Below are positions 7,340 through 13,594 of a stretch of DNA of 13,594 nucleotides, in pieces; positions within the stretch are counted from its first letter, which is position 1, and each line of letters begins with the position of its first letter. The DNA is from Candidatus Bipolaricaulia bacterium (lineage in GTDB: Bacteria > Bipolaricaulota > Bipolaricaulia > RBG-16-55-9): contig JBDGQO010000050.1 in assembly GCA_042219045.1 (NCBI GenBank), positions 1 to 13,594 of the forward strand, written 5' to 3'. A program made the translations under genes and the position numbers. The notes under the pieces are model-generated. The model worked only from the letters and a program-made list of their open reading frames with translations, did no database searches and was not told the origin of the DNA.

Positions 7340-8110
7340 ATGACCGAACCCGCCATTGCCGACCGCCGACTGCTCACGGACGTCATCGAGATCGCCCGCG
7401 CCGCCGGGGCGCGGATCATGGACTATTACCACGCCGAGGTCGGCGTGGCCACGAAGGCCGACGACTCGCCCGTCACGCAAGCCGACCTCGACGCCAACCG
7501 CCACATCACCGACCGGCTCCAGGAGCGAACGCCGGAGATCCCGATCATTGCCGAGGAATCGGAAATCCCCGACTATGAGAGGCGCAAGCACTGGCATCGC
7601 TTCTGGCTCGTCGACCCCCTTGACGGGACCAAGGAGTTCATCAGCCAGAACGGGGAGTTCACCGTCAATATCGGCCTCATTCAGGATGGCGAGCCCGTGC
7701 TGGGCGTCGTCTATTCGCCCGCCCGCGAGCTGCTCTACTACGCCGACGCGGATCGCGGGGCCTTCGAACACGTCGCCGGTGGCGAGCCGACCCGGATCGT
7801 GTCTGAACCAGCAGATCCCCATCAACCCCTGGCAGTCGTCACGAGCCGCTCGCACGCGTCCGACGAGGTCGAACGGTATCTGCAAAACTTCAACGTTCGC
7901 GAGCGGGTCGAGGCCGGCAGTTCCTTGAAGTTTTGTGTCGTGGCCAAGGGCGAGGCCGACATCTATCCCCGCTTCGGCCCGACGATGGAGTGGGACGTCG
8001 CCGCGGGCGACTGCGTCTATCGTTGCTCCGCACGCAATGGCCAACATTCGTCCGAACTGACGTACAACAAACCCGACCTGCGCAACGACGGGTTCGTGAT
8101 CGGCTTCTAG
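7340..8110 (+). CDS. cysQ: 3'(2'),5'-bisphosphate nucleotidase CysQ
   Basis: KADDSPVTQAD, AEES, WLVDPLDGTKEF, SRSH, GSSLKFC, YPRFGPTMEWDVAAG, YNK. ATG 7340 chosen because the 7277 start overlaps the upstream gene. Confidence 0.93.
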   Translation: MTEPAIADRRLLTDVIEIARAAGARIMDYYHAEVGVATKADDSPVTQADLDANRHITDRLQERTPEIPIIAEESEIPDYERRKHWHRFWLVDPLDGTKEFISQNGEFTVNIGLIQDGEPVLGVVYSPARELLYYADADRGAFEHVAGGEPTRIVSEPADPHQPLAVVTSRSHASDEVERYLQNFNVRERVEAGSSLKFCVVAKGEADIYPRFGPTMEWDVAAGDCVYRCSARNGQHSSELTYNKPDLRNDGFVIGF

Positions 8111-8147
8111 CCCCCTAACGTCGACAAAGGCTCAGGACGGCGACGAT

Positions 8148-8620
8148 TCATCCGTCCTTGAGGTCGGCGAACGCGCCGTCCGTCATGCGCTGGAGGTCGA
8201 GCGGGGTCGTGCGGAAGACGGCGTGGGGCGTGCCGGCCGCGGCGCAAATCTCCTCGTACTGCATGAGATCTCGATCGATGAACGTCACAAGCGGACGGGC
8301 AAAGCCCGTGGGCGGCACCCCGCCGATGGCAAATCCCGTTGCTGAGCGGACTTCATCGGGGCTCGCTTGGCGAACCGTGCCCTCGACAAGCTGATCGAGT
8401 TTGGGGATGCTGACGCGGTTGGCCCCGGAGGCGCAGACGAGCAGGGGCTCCTCATCCGTCATGAACACGAGGCTCTTGACGATCTGGCCGACGGTCATGC
8501 CGACGGCCTGGGCGGCTTGCTCGGCCGTGCGGGTGCTGTCGGGCAGTTCCTGAATCCGGGCATCGAGGCCGAGCTCGGTCAACGCGTTCCGGACGCGTTC
8601 CGCCGCCGATGCTCGGTCGC

Positions 8621-8624
<4 letters not shown>
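8148..8624 (-). CDS. YbaK/EbsC family aminoacyl-tRNA deacylase (trans-editing domain)
   Basis: [20 protein letters not shown] (conserved Lys), [10 protein letters not shown] (GXXXP loop), AAAGTP. The GTG start overlaps the uvrA stop. Confidence 0.9.
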
Positions 8625-11461
<2,837 letters not shown>

Positions 11462-11644
11462 GGTTCCCTCTTAGTACTGGCTTGATGGCCTGCTTAGCCT
11501 GTCTGGATGTCTATCGGTCACAGCAATCCGCTGGGCGCGTCGGGACCCGCTCAGCGGGCGCGTTGGCCCTCTCACCCCGCATACCGTTCAGTCTGCCACA
11601 CACCCGCGCAAGCTTCAAGATTCGCCACAGAAAAGGAAGACGCC

Positions 11645-11752
11645 ATGGAACAACTGCCCAACTATCCCTGTCTCAACTGCCGCAGCGCTGAATACGGAAT
11701 CGACAAAATCTTGGCGTCATACGGCTTCTGGAGCAAGGTCTTCGACCTATGA
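11645..11752 (+). pseudogene. 35-aa ORF resembling the N-terminal half of a small zinc-ribbon protein, probably truncated
   Basis: AAAAGGAAG RBS, then MEQLPNYPCLNCRSAEYGIDKILASYGFWSKVFDL*. Resembles by recall the CxxC...SK(I/V)FD start of DUF2082-type zinc ribbons but lacks the second CxxC. Confidence 0.45.
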
Positions 11753-11765
11753 ACCAGCTGAGCGC

Positions 11766-12446
11766 TCAGCGCTTGGCCCAGCGGCGTCGGATGACCGTAC
11801 CGAGCACGAGCAGAAGGCTCCCCAACAGGATGCCGACGCCGCCGACCGCAAAGAACGATGTGTTCAACTCGAAGCCGGGCCAGATTGAGGCCGAGCTCAG
11901 GCCGGGAATGTTGGCAAGGTTGCCGCTGCCGCTTCCCACGACCAGTTGCATCTTCATGCCCTGGCTCTCGTGGCCCGGCACGCCGCAGTGGACCCGATAC
12001 GTCTTCTCCTCGGACGGCGTGACGAACGTGCCGGTCATCTTGCCCGGCCCGTCGACCTCGATGGAGAACATGCCCATGGAATAGGACAGCACGGGCAGGC
12101 CGTGGACCATGAACTGATGGCGCACCTCGTCGTGGTTGACGAACGTGACGGTCAGCTTCGTGCACGGCGGGGCCTTGACGGTCGGCTCATCGAACGTCCA
12201 CGTCGTGCCGGGATGGGCTTGGGCATAGCGCCGGCCCGCCTCGACCGTCACTTCCTTGTCCCCGCGGATCGTCTTGCAGCCGGGCGGACGCTGCTCCGTG
12301 TTCTCGTTCATCACCATGCCCGAATCGGCCATTCGCATGCGATCCAGGGGCATCCTGCCGTCGGTCTCGTGAGCGACCGCGTCGGGGCTCGGGATAAGCA
12401 GGAGCAGCGCCATCGCGCCCAGCGCCAGTCTCGATCGACGCGTCAT
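11766..12446 (-). CDS. Exported, C-terminally membrane-anchored cupredoxin (type 1 copper protein)
   Basis: True start is probably ATG 12446 (GAGGAGGG RBS, ATGA overlap with the oxidase stop), giving 226 aa. Signal peptide MTRRSRLALGAMALLLLIPSPDAVA, VTFVNHDEVRHQF, YRVHCGVPGHESQGM (Cys/His/Met T1 ligands), C-terminal TM helix plus RRRWAKR. Confidence 0.85.
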   Translation of the reverse strand: MTRRSRLALGAMALLLLIPSPDAVAHETDGRMPLDRMRMADSGMVMNENTEQRPPGCKTIRGDKEVTVEAGRRYAQAHPGTTWTFDEPTVKAPPCTKLTVTFVNHDEVRHQFMVHGLPVLSYSMGMFSIEVDGPGKMTGTFVTPSEEKTYRVHCGVPGHESQGMKMQLVVGSGSGNLANIPGLSSASIWPGFELNTSFFAVGGVGILLGSLLLVLGTVIRRRWAKR

Positions 12447-13594
12447 CGTGCCATCACCCTCCTCGCCAAAACGCTCAGCAGTGCGCCGACCAAGACGCCC
12501 AACAGTCCGGTCAAACCGCCCGCCACGGCCGATCCGGACAGCCAAGGTTGCGTCCGCGCCTCGGCGTCCATCAACGCGTCCGGCGCGATCTCCGACCAGA
12601 CGGAGATCTTGCCCTCGTGATAGTCGGTCGTGAACAGCCGATTCAGATCGGTCCCCTGCGTCTTTGGCATGCCGTTGTCCTTGAGATATTGGGCGTAGGT
12701 GATCATGGAGATGGTGCCGCCCGGCGACATGCCGGCGTTCGTGACGCCGGCTTCGCGATGATCGTGAAACAGCCACACACCCGGCCCATAGGAATTGACG
12801 CCGTCGTCGGTCGTCGACAGCACGAGGTCGGCCCGCTGGGCGGCCGTGATGCCGACCACGTCCCGACGGTATTTGGCGCCGTCGGGCAATTCGGCCCCAT
12901 CGTACGCCTGGATCTGGAACTTGTGCCCGTGGGTGTGGATGGAGAACGTGCGGCTGCCGCCGTTGAGCAGCCGCAGACGATACCGCTGGCCGGGCTCCAC
13001 GATCAGCATCGACGCCCGAATCGTGTAGGGAAACGAGCGCCCATTGAGCAGGAAGTAGTCGGGGTCGCGCTGGGTCTCGTCGTAGACGCGGTTCGTCTGC
13101 TGCGCGATCGCGCGCGGGTCGTCGTGGGCTTTCGGGATGTTGTGCAGCTCGCGATCGACGCCCTGGTATAGCAGGTCGAACTCCCCATCATACGGTTTAC
13201 GGCTGGCCTGTGAGCGATGACGGACTTTCCCTGCACCCAGATTGAGCGTCTGAACGGTATTACTGGGGCGGTTCTCCTCGACGACGAACATGCCCTGCAG
13301 GCCCATGAGCACGTGGGCGTCCGGCTGCACGTGGCAGTGATAGAACATCGTGCCCGGCGCTCGGGGCGTGATATTGTAGGTCCGCTCCTCGCCGGGCATC
13401 AGGGGCGCCTCGCTCGTCTGCGGCACGCCGTCGTTGCCCTCGCCGTCGGCGTCGACAAACGGGTGGTCCACGCCATGGAGGTGGATCGTGTGGGGCAGAT
13501 AGTGCGTGTTCGCCAGCGTCAGTCGAACCTCGTCGCCCTGCTCCACCCGAATCGTCGGCGCCGGCATGCGCATGAGATCGCCGGCCGCGCCGCC
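12443..13594 (-). CDS. Two-domain multicopper oxidase with C-terminal membrane anchor (5' end outside the window)
   Basis: HTIHLHG, YHCHVQPDAH, IHTHGH and WLFHDH copper motifs, plus a C-terminal TM helix. The frame stays open upstream of ATG 13573 to the window edge (GGAAGDL). Confidence 0.9.
   Translation of the reverse strand, partial: GGAAGDLMRMPAPTIRVEQGDEVRLTLANTHYLPHTIHLHGVDHPFVDADGEGNDGVPQTSEAPLMPGEERTYNITPRAPGTMFYHCHVQPDAHVLMGLQGMFVVEENRPSNTVQTLNLGAGKVRHRSQASRKPYDGEFDLLYQGVDRELHNIPKAHDDPRAIAQQTNRVYDETQRDPDYFLLNGRSFPYTIRASMLIVEPGQRYRLRLLNGGSRTFSIHTHGHKFQIQAYDGAELPDGAKYRRDVVGITAAQRADLVLSTTDDGVNSYGPGVWLFHDHREAGVTNAGMSPGGTISMITYAQYLKDNGMPKTQGTDLNRLFTTDYHEGKISVWSEIAPDALMDAEARTQPWLSGSAVAGGLTGLLGVLVGALLSVLARRVMAR

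Noticed and set aside
4853..8047. Minus-strand ORFs of 374, 481 and 298 aa
   Set aside because: Antisense to the ald-like gene, the CoA-transferase and cysQ, each of which has clear motifs.
11462..11644. SOS/LexA box upstream of uvrA
   Set aside because: CTGT...ACAG occurs with 17-nt rather than 8-nt spacing, and I see no GAAC-N4-GTTC. A lineage-specific box cannot be excluded.
11750..11770. Selenocysteine read-through of the small ORF's TGA next to the palindrome
   Set aside because: A second in-frame TGA follows three codons later, the position does not align with a Cys, and the structure does not resemble a bacterial SECIS.
12447..12776. 110-aa N-terminal extension of the cupredoxin ORF in the ORF track
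   Set aside because: Overlaps the oxidase in another frame. The RBS, ATGA overlap and signal peptide all point to ATG 12446.
12443..13594. Calling the oxidase nirK
   Set aside because: It has HLH, HCH, HTH and HDH trinuclear-type motifs rather than the NirK HNIDFH/YHC pattern.

Overview
High-GC bacterial chromosomal window with no mobile element, CRISPR array or RNA gene that I can recognise. Left: a minus-strand System II cytochrome c maturation operon (resA-resB/ccs1-ccsA/resC) followed by a hairpin. Its ResB carries an unexpected N-terminal zinc ribbon and an RnfB/AcsC-type CX2CX4CX16C [4Fe-4S] domain. Divergent from it is a Crp/Fnr regulator, and the spacer between them holds four helically phased TGA-N6-TCA boxes arranged as mirror-image class II promoters. 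A fifth box sits at the same spacing upstream of an operon encoding an alanine-dehydrogenase-like protein with an altered active site and a family I CoA-transferase. Then come cysQ, a convergent uvrA-ybaK pair, a 35-codon apparent zinc-ribbon remnant, and a membrane-anchored cupredoxin plus a two-domain multicopper oxidase (truncated at the window edge). The best candidate for an undescribed system is the Crp/Fnr-controlled, Fe-S-fused heme-trafficking operon and its small regulon. All family calls rest on motif recognition, not database searches.
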